Source: Cyanophyceae cyanobacterium (lineage in GTDB: Bacteria > Cyanobacteriota > Cyanobacteriia > Cyanobacteriales > Laspinemataceae). From it: a stretch of DNA of 64,000 nucleotides. The stretch lies in assembly GCA_038321985.1 (NCBI GenBank), contig JBBQFN010000015.1:32001-96000 (forward strand), written 5' to 3'. The stretch's first letter is position 1, and each line of letters opens with the position of its first letter. Shown here piece by piece: positions 42,090-52,503 of the stretch. The notes beneath the pieces are model-generated. The model did no database searches. It was not told where the DNA came from and saw nothing but the letters and a program-made list of their open reading frames with translations. The position numbers and the translations under genes are program-made.

Positions 42090-43502
42090 ATGAGTGATAT
42101 TAGTCGGCGATCGCTACTCAAGGGAGTAGCCGGGTTTTCGGCGGGATTAGCGCTTTCGGCCTGTAGTCAAGCCTTCTCTGGCGGATCGAAAAGCAACTCC
42201 GGAACCAATGCTGCATCTCAAACCTTTGAGATCGACCAGATAATTGACCCGAACACTTTAGAACAGCCCAATCTCCGGGTAGGCTATGTCCCGGTCAATG
42301 ATTGCGCTCCTTTTGCCGTAGCCGCCCAAAAAGGCTTTTTTTATAAATACGGACTCAATGTCACCCTCAACCGAGAGGCCAGTTGGGGGACATCCCGAGA
42401 CGGTCTCATCTTTGGCCGTTTGGATGCCTCCCCCGTCGTATCAGGTTCCATTACTAATGCTCGCTTAGGGGCAGAGGGCGCACGCCATGCGCCGATGTGC
42501 GGTGCTATGACCATTCACCGCCACGGCAATGCTATGACCATGAATCGAGCAATGTGGGATAGTGGACTGCGACCCTTGCGAGAGTACAACGGAGATCTAG
42601 AGGCTTTTGGTCGCGACTTTCGTAATTATTTTGAGGGGTTGCCCTTAGATCGGCGAATCTGGGCTACCGTACTCAGTTCGGCCATTTATGAATACTTTAT
42701 TCGCTATCTAGCCGCCGCCGCAGGCATTGATCCGATCGCCACGTTTCGGATCATGATCATTCCACCCCCTCAGATGGTCACCAATGTGCGAATTGGAGCG
42801 ATGCAGGCTTATATGGTGGCTGAACCTTGGAATACCCGGGCAATTACGGGCAATGAAGGGGTGGGTTTTACCTTTGCTCAGGGTAAGGAAGTGTGGCGCG
42901 GCCATCCTGACCGAATTTTGGCCGTGATGGAGTCTTTTATTGATGAAAATCCCCGCACTTATCGCTCTCTCGTGAAGGCCATGATTGAGGCTTGTCAGTA
43001 TTGCGGCGACCCCCGCAATCGCGAAGAAGTAGCTCAGATTATTTCAGCCCGAGCCTTTACCGGCGCATCTACCCAGTTCACTCGTCCCGCTATTGTGGGT
43101 GACTACAACTATGGGGGTTTTGATGGTCAAGAACGGGTAGTCTCTAATATTGACACCACCATCTTTGATGCACTGCCCGATGATTTGCCTCACCCCCCAG
43201 GGGATCATTCTACCTTCTTATGGCAGTCTCAGGCCCTCTGGCTGATGACTCAGGCAGCACGATGGGGACAGGTTAAAGAGTTTCCAGCAGATGCGGATGC
43301 ATTGGCTCGTCGCACTTGGCGTACGGATCTCTATCGTGAGATTACAACGGAGATGGGGATTCCCTGTCCTGCGGAGGATTACAAAGTAGAACCCGGGGAG
43401 TTGTTTATCGATCGCAAGCCATTCGACCCCAGCAACCCCGTGGGTTATCTGAACAGTTTTGAGATTAGGGCTAATGCTCCGGTTAAGTTTTTTCTATCGT
43501 AG
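42090..43502 (+). CDS. NrtA/CmpA-family substrate-binding lipoprotein
   Basis: Tat signal SRRSLLK and lipobox LSAC; GYVPVNDCAP, IPPPQMV and VAEPWN motifs. Confidence 0.9.
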   Translation: MSDISRRSLLKGVAGFSAGLALSACSQAFSGGSKSNSGTNAASQTFEIDQIIDPNTLEQPNLRVGYVPVNDCAPFAVAAQKGFFYKYGLNVTLNREASWGTSRDGLIFGRLDASPVVSGSITNARLGAEGARHAPMCGAMTIHRHGNAMTMNRAMWDSGLRPLREYNGDLEAFGRDFRNYFEGLPLDRRIWATVLSSAIYEYFIRYLAAAAGIDPIATFRIMIIPPPQMVTNVRIGAMQAYMVAEPWNTRAITGNEGVGFTFAQGKEVWRGHPDRILAVMESFIDENPRTYRSLVKAMIEACQYCGDPRNREEVAQIISARAFTGASTQFTRPAIVGDYNYGGFDGQERVVSNIDTTIFDALPDDLPHPPGDHSTFLWQSQALWLMTQAARWGQVKEFPADADALARRTWRTDLYREITTEMGIPCPAEDYKVEPGELFIDRKPFDPSNPVGYLNSFEIRANAPVKFFLS

Positions 43503-43648
43503 ATACCCATTTGGATATTAGATAGCGAGCGTCTGGCTCACACTCCTATCGGATTCGATGTCTACGAAATGGCGATCGCGCAGCCCTAGGGCTGTTTCTG
43601 TTTGTCCTAAGGTTCTGTTTTATTTAAATACATTTAACGAGGTGAATC

Positions 43649-44488
43649 GTGGTTAAACCCAGTAACTATTCCTATTCCGTGAATGCTCAAACTCGTTCAA
43701 CTGAGGATTTTTTAGTCATTCGAGATTTAGTCAAAGCCTACCCCCAGGCGAGCGGGGGTCAGTCTGTTATTTTAGATGGCATCGATTTAACAGTACAGTC
43801 CGATGAATATATTTCTATCATTGGTCACTCGGGCTGTGGCAAATCTACCTTACTGAAAATTGTAGCAGGGCTAGAGCAAGCCAGTTCGGGCCAAGTTACC
43901 TTGGAAGGAAAACCCATTTCTAAGCCAGGAGCAGAAAGAATGATGGTTTTCCAGCAGTATTCCCTGTTGCCTTGGCTAACCGTGCGGGAGAATGTGCGAC
44001 TCGCGGTAGATGAAGTAATGCGCCGTTTGCCCGAAGTAGAGAAGCGAGAAATCGTCAATGAACATTTAGCAATGGTGAATCTCAACGCGGCAGCGGAGAA
44101 ATACCCAGACGAAATTTCGGGAGGAATGAAGCAGCGCGTGGGAATTGCGCGAGCTTTGGCAATTCGACCGAAGATGTTGTTAATGGATGAACCGTTTGGG
44201 GCGTTGGATGCCCTAACCCGAGGCAAGTTACAACGGCAGGTATTGGATATTTGGGAACATCATCCTCAGGCGGTGATGATGATTACTCACGATGTGGATG
44301 AGGCGCTGTTTATGTCGGACCGGATTGTGATGATGACCAATGGTCCCCAGGCCCAAATCGGGGAAATTCTAAAGGTGCCTTTTGCTCATCCGCGCGATCG
44401 CGCCGCACTGCGGGACGATAAACGGTATTATGAGTTGCGAAATCATGCCCTTAATTTTCTGGATCGCTATTTCACTCAGGATGACTGA
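43649..44488 (+). CDS. NrtD/CmpD-family ABC ATPase
   Basis: GHSGCGKST, ISGGMKQRV and MDEPFGALDALT motifs; no C-terminal NrtC regulatory domain. Confidence 0.92.
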   Translation: MVKPSNYSYSVNAQTRSTEDFLVIRDLVKAYPQASGGQSVILDGIDLTVQSDEYISIIGHSGCGKSTLLKIVAGLEQASSGQVTLEGKPISKPGAERMMVFQQYSLLPWLTVRENVRLAVDEVMRRLPEVEKREIVNEHLAMVNLNAAAEKYPDEISGGMKQRVGIARALAIRPKMLLMDEPFGALDALTRGKLQRQVLDIWEHHPQAVMMITHDVDEALFMSDRIVMMTNGPQAQIGEILKVPFAHPRDRAALRDDKRYYELRNHALNFLDRYFTQDD

Positions 44489-44532
44489 TGATTGGCGAGA
44501 TTCCCCCTAAGTTAGGGGAGTTGGCAAGTTAT

Positions 44533-44574
44533 CAAAACAACCCTTCCCCGTGACCGGGGAAGGGTTGTTTTTTT
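44533..44574 (+). terminator. Intrinsic terminator of the ABC operon
   Basis: AAAACAACCCTTCCCCG-tgac-CGGGGAAGGGTTGTTTTTTT. Confidence 0.85.
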
Positions 44575-44726
44575 GAATAAAGAGGATATTTAATGTTTAA
44601 AAGTTTTACAAAGGGGATTTGCCCGATTAAGGATTTTGGAAACTTCCACTTTTTAAATTTTTTGTTGATATACTTATTGAGAATTGCCTCAGTTTTTATC
44701 ACAATTGCTCCTTAAAGATAGCACTT

Positions 44727-44915
44727 ATGAACTTGCCCGAATTTGAGTATTTAATTCGCAAAACCGTCACGTATTTGGATTTTCATACGGATGATGCCGC
44801 CAAGGAGTTAAACGCACAGTGGCAGCAAGTCCTCATGGAGATTCAGCGCCTCAAACGACAGAAACAGCAGGAAATATCCCGTCGCAATCCAAGCAAACCG
44901 CCCAAACCTGAGTAA
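44727..44915 (+). CDS. Small hypothetical protein (62 aa)
   Basis: ATG start after an AT-rich promoter-like region (TGATATACT); helical composition. Confidence 0.5.
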   Translation: MNLPEFEYLIRKTVTYLDFHTDDAAKELNAQWQQVLMEIQRLKRQKQQEISRRNPSKPPKPE

Positions 44916-45055
44916 TTTCCTGGAAATTCTGGAAAAAACCCCTGGCATTATTGCCCATTTCCCATTCTATTGACGGATTCCAACCCAGACAGGTAGCGAT
45001 CGCAGCCCGATCCGACCTAAGATCGAGAGGAAAACCCGTACAAATAACAGAAATT

Positions 45056-46363
45056 GTGAGTGATTCGACTCTGGAGAAAATTCTTGACTTGGCAAAATCT
45101 CGGGTAGACTCGGCGGAGGTTTACTATGTCTCAAGTCAAGATACCCCGATTGAATTTGAAAATAACCGTCTGAAATCCCTGCAAACCAAAGCCCTGCAAG
45201 GGGTCGCCCTGCGGGTGATTTCCCAAGGCAAAATTGGCTTTGCCAGTTCCACGGACCTCACTCGCCTAGATGATTTAGTCGATGCTGCCGTCCAAACCTC
45301 ATCCATTGGAGATAGCGCTGAATTTGAGCTAGCGAGTAATCTGCACATTTCCTCTCCAACCCCGGAATATCAACCGCCGACAACCCAGGAATTGCTGGAA
45401 ATTGGCCGCAATCAGATAGAGCAAGTTCATGCTTACAACCCGGATATTCTGGTAGATGTCAGCTTTCATCTTCGCAGTGGCACGGTCAAAATTATGACCA
45501 CCCAAGACGTTTATGCCACGCGATCGAGCCAGATTGTCAGTGCTAGTCTTAGCGGTAACTTGGTCAAAGGGGAAGATTTCCTGCAAATTTACAGCTATGA
45601 TGTCGCCCGCGATCGCCTCCCGGACTACGATCGCCTCGTCAAAGACCTCCTGAAAAAATACCAACTTGCGGAACGTCCTGCCACGATCACCAGCGGTTCT
45701 TTCCCCGTCTTCTTTACCCCCGGAGCCGCGGCGAGTACCTTGGGCAGTCTATTCGATACCATCCTTTCGGGTCAAGCCGTGGTCCAAAAGGCATCGCCTC
45801 TGGTGGATAAAGTGGGAGAAAAAGTATTTGACGAACGTCTGACCCTGCTGGAAGACCCCACCCTCGGCCCCTCAGCTTGCGAATTTGACGATGAAGGCAC
45901 CCCAACTAGCCCAAACACCTTAATTGAAAACGGCGTGGTGAACGGGTTCTACTGGGACCGCCGCTGGGCCGCCCGTGCTGGGTTAGAATCGACCGGGAAC
46001 GGGTTTCGCGGTGGACTTTCTCGCCCGGGGCCAGATTTGGTCAATCTGTGCGTGAATCCGGGCAGTACCCCAACGGCGGAGTTAATTGCCTCCGTCGAGG
46101 AAGGATTGATTGTTGAGCAAGTGCTGGGTGCGGGTCAATCTAATCAACTAGCTGGGGAATTTTCGATTAACTTAGATTTGGGTTACAAAATCGAAAATGG
46201 CGAGATTGTCGGGCGGGTAAAAAATACAATGGTTGCCGGAAGTATTTTTGAGGCGTTTGACAAATTAGTAGATTTTAGTAGCGAGCGAGAATGGGTAGGC
46301 GGTGGTGCATTATTGCCGAGTATGCTATTTGCTCAATTAGGGGTTTCTGCCAGACAAGGTTAA
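45056..46363 (+). CDS. pmbA: PmbA/TldE subunit
   Basis: FDDEGTP, STGNGFR and IENGEIVGRVK motifs; no HExxxH. Probable GTG start at 45056. Confidence 0.88.
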   Translation: MSDSTLEKILDLAKSRVDSAEVYYVSSQDTPIEFENNRLKSLQTKALQGVALRVISQGKIGFASSTDLTRLDDLVDAAVQTSSIGDSAEFELASNLHISSPTPEYQPPTTQELLEIGRNQIEQVHAYNPDILVDVSFHLRSGTVKIMTTQDVYATRSSQIVSASLSGNLVKGEDFLQIYSYDVARDRLPDYDRLVKDLLKKYQLAERPATITSGSFPVFFTPGAAASTLGSLFDTILSGQAVVQKASPLVDKVGEKVFDERLTLLEDPTLGPSACEFDDEGTPTSPNTLIENGVVNGFYWDRRWAARAGLESTGNGFRGGLSRPGPDLVNLCVNPGSTPTAELIASVEEGLIVEQVLGAGQSNQLAGEFSINLDLGYKIENGEIVGRVKNTMVAGSIFEAFDKLVDFSSEREWVGGGALLPSMLFAQLGVSARQG

Positions 46364-46416
46364 ATTTCCTGTTTGTAAAAGATTATTTGATTTTTTGACC
46401 GGAGGGAGAGAGAGTT

Positions 46417-47289
46417 GTGAAATCAGCAGTTTTTGTGATCGGTCAAACCGGCAGCATTTTAGGGGAGTGGATTCAGTCAAGCATGAGGCGATCGCGCGTC
46501 TGGATCGTGTTGTTACTGGTGCCCCTCTTGCTCACCGGCTGTGTAGAATATGATGTAGGAGTCACCTTTGAGAGTCAAACTCACGGGGAAATCGTTCAAC
46601 ATATCCAACTTGGAGAGCGACTCAAAGCCTTTAGTAGTTCGACGGCAGAAGCCTGGTTAGACAGTATCGAACGGCGGACTCGACAGTTGCGCGGGCAAGT
46701 TAAACGCAGTTCTGACCGGGAAATTACGGTCAAAATTCCGTTTAATAATGGGACAGAATTAGTAGAAAAATTCAACCAATTTTTTAACCCAGATGATGCG
46801 AATCCCTCGGAGTTGACGAATTCTCCAGAGGCGCAAATTCCCGATATTTCTTCCCAAATGGCTCTCAGACAACGGAATTTTTTACTAGCGATTTACAATC
46901 ACTTAAACTACGAGTTAGATTTGCGATCGCTAGGGGTAATTTCCTCTAACGGAACGGTAATTGTCAGCCCCGGGGTACTTCTAGATTTGGAGTTTGCCTT
47001 AAATACGCCTTGGGGTGCAGAAGCGATCGCCTCGGAGGATGGATTAATACCCGAACTTCGGAACGGCGGAAAACAATTGGTCTGGACCCTGCAACCGGGA
47101 CAACTTAATCATTTGGAAACCCGATTTTGGGTACCGAGTCCGATTGGGATTGGGGCGTTAGTTATTACTCTGTTTATAACGCTCAGCATCTTATTAAAGG
47201 ACAAACTTTTACCCGCCTTGGGGATAGGTCAGCGCAAACCACCCAAGCCCAAAAAACCCCAACCGGAAACCGCCAATTTAGGGGGTTAA
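46417..47289 (+). CDS. DUF3153-type lipoprotein
   Basis: Lipobox LLLTGC, IPFNNG, LDLRSLG, FALNTPWG and a C-terminal TM. Alternative ATG start at 46483. Confidence 0.75.
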   Translation: MKSAVFVIGQTGSILGEWIQSSMRRSRVWIVLLLVPLLLTGCVEYDVGVTFESQTHGEIVQHIQLGERLKAFSSSTAEAWLDSIERRTRQLRGQVKRSSDREITVKIPFNNGTELVEKFNQFFNPDDANPSELTNSPEAQIPDISSQMALRQRNFLLAIYNHLNYELDLRSLGVISSNGTVIVSPGVLLDLEFALNTPWGAEAIASEDGLIPELRNGGKQLVWTLQPGQLNHLETRFWVPSPIGIGALVITLFITLSILLKDKLLPALGIGQRKPPKPKKPQPETANLGG

Positions 47290-47962
47290 GGTTTGACATC
47301 TGCGGAGTGATCCTCACTCCTTCTGCTGTTCCTGTGTTGGGGTCGATCGCCCTCCCCGATGATTGGGGGAGGGTGGGGTCTTCCTCGGCGAGGGGGTTGA
47401 CAAAAAAACTGTACTCCTTACCCTGCAAGTCTTTCAAGTTTTGGAATTCCCTAGCCCTCTCCTAGACTAGGGGAGGGGGCTGAAGGTAGATTGGAACTGA
47501 TTAAATCCGCATCTGAGTCAAAAATTTACCCTTGTCCACATCAACGGGGCCTGCCTTGAACGGGTAAAAAGACAAGGAATAAAACCTATCCTGTTAATCC
47601 TGGGCTGAGATCGATAAAAATTCATCAAATCTTTAAGATGGGTGAAGCTAACCCTAAACTATCAAGATTTGATTGCAGGAGCTAAAGACAGAGCGCTAGA
47701 GGGTGAGAAGGGCGGTTACTTTATCAGTTTACTCTAAGTAAAATCACCGTACCATCATTAATCAAACCCAGGGCTTTTGTTTCTGAAGACTACTCGTTAT
47801 TTCAGGGTAAAAATAGGGTAAAGTTGAAATAGAGATATGTCCATCGTTCAGGGGATAGAGTATCGTCTGATTGAGTCACCGAACATTTGGCCTAAAAATT
47901 GGTCAAGCTGTTGGGATTCTAACCTGTCCATCTGAGATGTTTTTAAGGACTGGAGAGAAAAA

Positions 47963-48370
47963 ATGTCTGAAAGTAATAGTCCCGCAGCAACCATTTTAGC
48001 CGTAGATGATAGTGTCGTCATGCAAGATTTGGTTAAGCGCGCATTGGCTCAAGATTACCGAGTGCTAGTGGCTGATAATGCCGTGGATGCATTGTCTATG
48101 ATTTACCACGAACAGGTAGCGATTTTGTTGCTCGATGTTTCCATGCCAGGAATCGACGGCTTAGAGCTTTGCCGAACCGTGCGGAATATTCCTCAATTTC
48201 AAGAATTGCCGATTGTCATGCTAACCGCTCGCGATGGCCTTTTTGATAAGGTGCAAGGTCGGCTAGCCGGAGCAACGGAATATTTAACCAAACCCTTTGA
48301 TGCAGCCCAACTCCGTCAAGTGGTAGGAAATTTTATTAATAGTAATCATCCCTCGGGAGTAGCAGACTAA
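47963..48370 (+). CDS. Single-domain response regulator (CheY-like)
   Basis: VDDS, LLDVSMPGIDG, MLT and YLTKPF motifs. Confidence 0.92.
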   Translation: MSESNSPAATILAVDDSVVMQDLVKRALAQDYRVLVADNAVDALSMIYHEQVAILLLDVSMPGIDGLELCRTVRNIPQFQELPIVMLTARDGLFDKVQGRLAGATEYLTKPFDAAQLRQVVGNFINSNHPSGVAD

Positions 48371-48854
48371 CCCCATATTTTAGGTAAAATTTATAAATTA
48401 ATGCCCTAAAAAACGAAAAATTGCAGGAATATAGCTCTCACCGAAAACTGAATTTTACTCATTAAAATTTGACTCAAAAAAGAAATCCGAGATAGGGAGA
48501 ATCGCTAGAGAGTAAGGGTAGAAGTGTTAATTAAAAATTTAGGCGGGATGAAAACCCGATAATATCCGACCAGCATTTGGGCCGGGATAAAGGGTCAGTC
48601 CCTAAAAATTAATAAATATCTATAAAGATGTAAACTTTGGGCGGAAAATTTGTTCATTCCCGGGTATGCCCCCCCAAGAAACCCTTGAGGGGTTAGCTCT
48701 GAGGTGCGTCCGTTCACGTTAACAAAAATCCGGGCGATCGCTGTATAAAAAACACACCGATCACAGCGGGAGGGGGGTTTTACTTCTGAATCGTCGCAAT
48801 ACTTCCCACTTAACAAGGCACAATAAAACTAGATCGGTCCATCGTTTGCCCTAT

Positions 48855-50846
48855 ATGAGTTATTGCCTAAATCCCCGTTGTCACAATCCTCAAAATCTAC
48901 CTAAGACTGCAATTTGTCAAGGTTGCGGCTCAAAATTACTGCTCAAAGATCGCTATCGGGCAATCAAACCCATTGCCCGAGGGGGATTTGGCAGAACCTT
49001 TTTTGCCATAGATGAAGACCGCCTCAATGCCCCCTGTGCTATCAAACAACTGCTGCCCACCCTACAAGGGAGTAATGCATCGAGACAAGGGCTGTTTGAG
49101 AAGGCAGTCTCCTTGTTTAACCAAGAGGCGGTCCGACTCTACGAACTAGGCGAACATCCCCAAATTCCCACCCTCTTAGCCTCTTTTGCACAGGACAAGC
49201 GGCTGTATTTGGTCCAAGAATATATTGATGGTAAAACCTTGTGGCACGAACTTAAAGAGGGCGGTCCATTTACGGAGGAGAAAATTTATGAAATCCTCGC
49301 GGGAGTCTTGCCAGTTCTGCACTTTGTCCACTCCAAAAATGTAATTCACCGAGATATTACTCCCGGTAATCTGTTGCGGCGCAAGCGAAATGGTCAACTG
49401 ATTTTGATTGATTTTGGGGTTGCCAAACAACTCACAGACGCTTCCTTTGCCAAAACGGGGACGAAAGTTGGCACCACCTGTTATGCACCCATTGAACAGC
49501 TTCGCAGTGGAAAAGCGTATCCTGCCAGCGATTTGTATGGGTTGGGGGTAACTTGTATTCACCTGCTGACGGGTGCCAAACCGGATGGACTGTTCGATCC
49601 GATTAAGGGATGTATTTGGCGGGAATATTTGGCGAATCGGAGTCGGACGATCGCCCCGCGCCTAGGGGATATTCTGGATAAAATGATTCAAGATTCCTTG
49701 AGCGATCGCTATCAATCGGCACAGGCGGTATTAAATGATATGCAAACCCTTTCACTTAAGGGCGATCGCCAGGAACTTTCCAACGCTTCCACCCGCCTTC
49801 AAACCGCCAAGTTCACGACTCCTCCCTCAACCCGGAACTTACTTCCCCCGGCCCAGGCGGCTACTCCCCTGGCCCTTTTTTCTAAACCGCCTAGTGGCAA
49901 TCGCCCCCCAAGCAGCACGGGCACTCGGTGTTTGCGGACCCTTACCGGGCATACTTCTTGGGTGACTTGTCTGGCGATCGCCCCCAATAGTCACATTCTC
50001 GCGAGTGGCAGTCTTGACGATCAAATCCTGATTTGGAATTTTTTCACCGGGGAAATCCTGCATCGGTTCTCGAGTCATACCAAATCGATTAATGCACTGG
50101 CAATCTCTCCCGATGGTAATCTCCTTGCCAGTGGTAGCGATGATGACACCATCAAGATTTGGCATCTGAATACAGGCCGGGAAATTGCCACTCTTACGGA
50201 ACATTTACGAGATGTTAATTCCTTGGCCTTTAATGCCAATGGCACGATTTTAGCCTCCGGTTCGGAAGATAGAACCGTGCGACTGTGGCAGCTAGAAAAT
50301 GCCGGCAAAGGAACTATTTCAATCTTACCTTTATGTACCCTGGCCGGTCGTTCTGGAATGATTAAAACCGTTACCTTTGCCCCCAATGGACAACTTTTAG
50401 CCAGTGGGGGTCTGGATAACGCCATCCAAATTTGGAATGTAAAAACCCATAAAGTTCTTTATACCCTTTTGGGACATCTGCAATCGGTTAATTGTTTAGC
50501 GATAAGTCCCGATGGTACGCTTCTTGCCAGCGGCAGCAAAGATAAAACGATTAAACTCTGGAATTTTTCCACGGGGAAGCTCATCACAAGTTTATCCGGT
50601 CATCGGGATATGGTGAATTCTGTTACCTTTTCTCCTGATGGAAAACTCCTGGTTAGTGGCAGTACGGACCAGACTTTAAATTTGTGGCAGATTCGTATAG
50701 AAAAAGGTCAGTTGTCCACAAACCACTCCCTTACTCTCAATGGACATACAGGGGCGGTGAATGCGGTGATTTTCAGCCCAGATGGTAAACTGGTGATTAG
50801 TGGTAGTTGGGACGAAACGATTAAAATTTGGCAAGTGTTGTCTTAA
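48855..50846 (+). CDS. Ser/Thr kinase with 4-Cys prefix and WD40 propeller
   Basis: CLNPRC...CQGCG; RGGFG, IKQ, HRDITPGN, DFG; seven WD repeats. Confidence 0.92.
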   Translation: MSYCLNPRCHNPQNLPKTAICQGCGSKLLLKDRYRAIKPIARGGFGRTFFAIDEDRLNAPCAIKQLLPTLQGSNASRQGLFEKAVSLFNQEAVRLYELGEHPQIPTLLASFAQDKRLYLVQEYIDGKTLWHELKEGGPFTEEKIYEILAGVLPVLHFVHSKNVIHRDITPGNLLRRKRNGQLILIDFGVAKQLTDASFAKTGTKVGTTCYAPIEQLRSGKAYPASDLYGLGVTCIHLLTGAKPDGLFDPIKGCIWREYLANRSRTIAPRLGDILDKMIQDSLSDRYQSAQAVLNDMQTLSLKGDRQELSNASTRLQTAKFTTPPSTRNLLPPAQAATPLALFSKPPSGNRPPSSTGTRCLRTLTGHTSWVTCLAIAPNSHILASGSLDDQILIWNFFTGEILHRFSSHTKSINALAISPDGNLLASGSDDDTIKIWHLNTGREIATLTEHLRDVNSLAFNANGTILASGSEDRTVRLWQLENAGKGTISILPLCTLAGRSGMIKTVTFAPNGQLLASGGLDNAIQIWNVKTHKVLYTLLGHLQSVNCLAISPDGTLLASGSKDKTIKLWNFSTGKLITSLSGHRDMVNSVTFSPDGKLLVSGSTDQTLNLWQIRIEKGQLSTNHSLTLNGHTGAVNAVIFSPDGKLVISGSWDETIKIWQVLS

Positions 50847-50948
50847 AAAAGGCGACTGCCCCTTCTTAGGGCTTCGGTTGACTTGTTTCGGGGCGATCGC
50901 CACTAATTACCGAGGGACGATACCCATGCTGTCAATTTTAATAAGATT

Positions 50949-52103
50949 ATGACCTATTGTCTGAATTCAAACTGTCCCAACCCAGTCAATCCCCCTAGCA
51001 CTAAATTTTGCCTAACTTGTGGGGCGAAATTAATGTTACGAGAACGCTATCGGGCGGTACAACCCCTGGGACAAGGGGGCATGGGTCGCACTTTTTTCGC
51101 CTTGGATGAGGACCGCCTCAATGCGCCCTGTGTGATTAAACAGTTTTTTCCCCAAGTTCAAGGGAGTGCTGCGTTAGAAAAAGCCACCGAACTGTTTCAA
51201 CGAGAAGCGGTGCAACTGCTTCAACTCGGTGAACATCCTCAAATTCCCGCTCTTTATGCTTATTTTGAACAGGATAAACGCTGGTATTTAGTCCAAGAAT
51301 TAATCGATGGACCGGATTTATTAGATGAATTAAAAGCACAGGGAGGGTTAAGCGAAATTCAAATTAAATCTCTGTTGCTGGATCTGTTGCCGATTATGCA
51401 ATTTATTCATGAAAATCAGGTCATTCATCGAGATATTAAACCCGATAATATTTTGCGCCGCCGTAAGGACAATAAACTGGTTTTAGTTGATTTTGGAGTG
51501 GCTAAACAAGGGACGGGGACTGCCCTTGCCCAAATGGGAACCCGCGCCGGAACTCATGGCTACGCACCGCTGGAACAAATTCGCGGGGGTCAGGCTTATC
51601 CAGCTAGCGATTTATACAGTTTGGGAGTCACTTGTATTCAGTTATTAACGGCAAAAATGCCTGATGATTTATATGATGGAATGAATGCTCGCTGGCTGTG
51701 GAAAGAAGAATTAGCAAAACAAGGGAAAATTGTATCTCCAATTTTAGCACAAATATTAGATAAACTGCTACAAGAATTAGTCCGCGATCGCTATCAATCA
51801 GCGGCAGAGGTTTTACAGGCGTTACAACCGGGTGCGACTGCCTCCCCTCCAACAAAACTGCCCTCTCCCTCTTCTCCTAAAACCGCACCCGCAAACCGCC
51901 CCCAACTGGGTAAATTTGACCCCGTTTCTCTGGATTTAGAGGCGATTAAAACTCATTTTAGTCAAGCGCAACCGGGCAATGTGCCGGTACCCTCACCCCC
52001 GCTACCCAAACCCACCCAAACTCCCTCCCATAAACCGTCAGGATTTGACCCCCTCTCTGCTGAACTGGAAGCGTTACGGTCTGAATTTGAACAAGAATCT
52101 TAA
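50949..52103 (+). CDS. Ser/Thr kinase with 4-Cys prefix and Pro-rich tail (no WD40)
   Basis: GQGGMG, HRDIKPDN and DFG motifs. Confidence 0.92.
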   Translation: MTYCLNSNCPNPVNPPSTKFCLTCGAKLMLRERYRAVQPLGQGGMGRTFFALDEDRLNAPCVIKQFFPQVQGSAALEKATELFQREAVQLLQLGEHPQIPALYAYFEQDKRWYLVQELIDGPDLLDELKAQGGLSEIQIKSLLLDLLPIMQFIHENQVIHRDIKPDNILRRRKDNKLVLVDFGVAKQGTGTALAQMGTRAGTHGYAPLEQIRGGQAYPASDLYSLGVTCIQLLTAKMPDDLYDGMNARWLWKEELAKQGKIVSPILAQILDKLLQELVRDRYQSAAEVLQALQPGATASPPTKLPSPSSPKTAPANRPQLGKFDPVSLDLEAIKTHFSQAQPGNVPVPSPPLPKPTQTPSHKPSGFDPLSAELEALRSEFEQES

Positions 52104-52503
52104 TCCCTCATAAACCGGAAAAACTGAGGGTAGCCCCGGTGAAAATAAATTCGTATCTCTGAAGATAAAACCCCACTATCAATTTTAAAAATCTCTCCTT
52201 TTTTACTTTAAAAACCCCATTTTAGCCGCTTAAATTACAACTCGGTTCTGTGAATTCAACCCGTATAAATAAATTAAAAAATTTTTCAAAGGAGTGGGAG
52301 TATCTGGCTTTTAAGCAGCAGTAGGGAACAAAATACTCCCCGTTCTAAATCTTCTTTTTGAAATGATTTAGGCAAGCTATAGAACCCGGGGTTAGTTACT
52401 CGCCAATTTTTTTTATAAATCCGGTTTATGAACCTAAATTTTGAGTAAAATAGAAAATCATAAAGCGTGACCCGTATCCTTAAGATTTTACTTCAAAAAT
52501 GGC

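Noticed and set aside
41031..44488. Naming the ABC genes nrtABD, cmpABD or cynABD
   Set aside because: Gene order, missing C subunit and absence of nir/nar/cynS context do not support a specific substrate.
25072..46363. tldD plus pmbA as a RiPP maturation cluster
   Set aside because: They are about 18.6 kb apart on opposite strands with no YcaO or precursor genes; a housekeeping pair.
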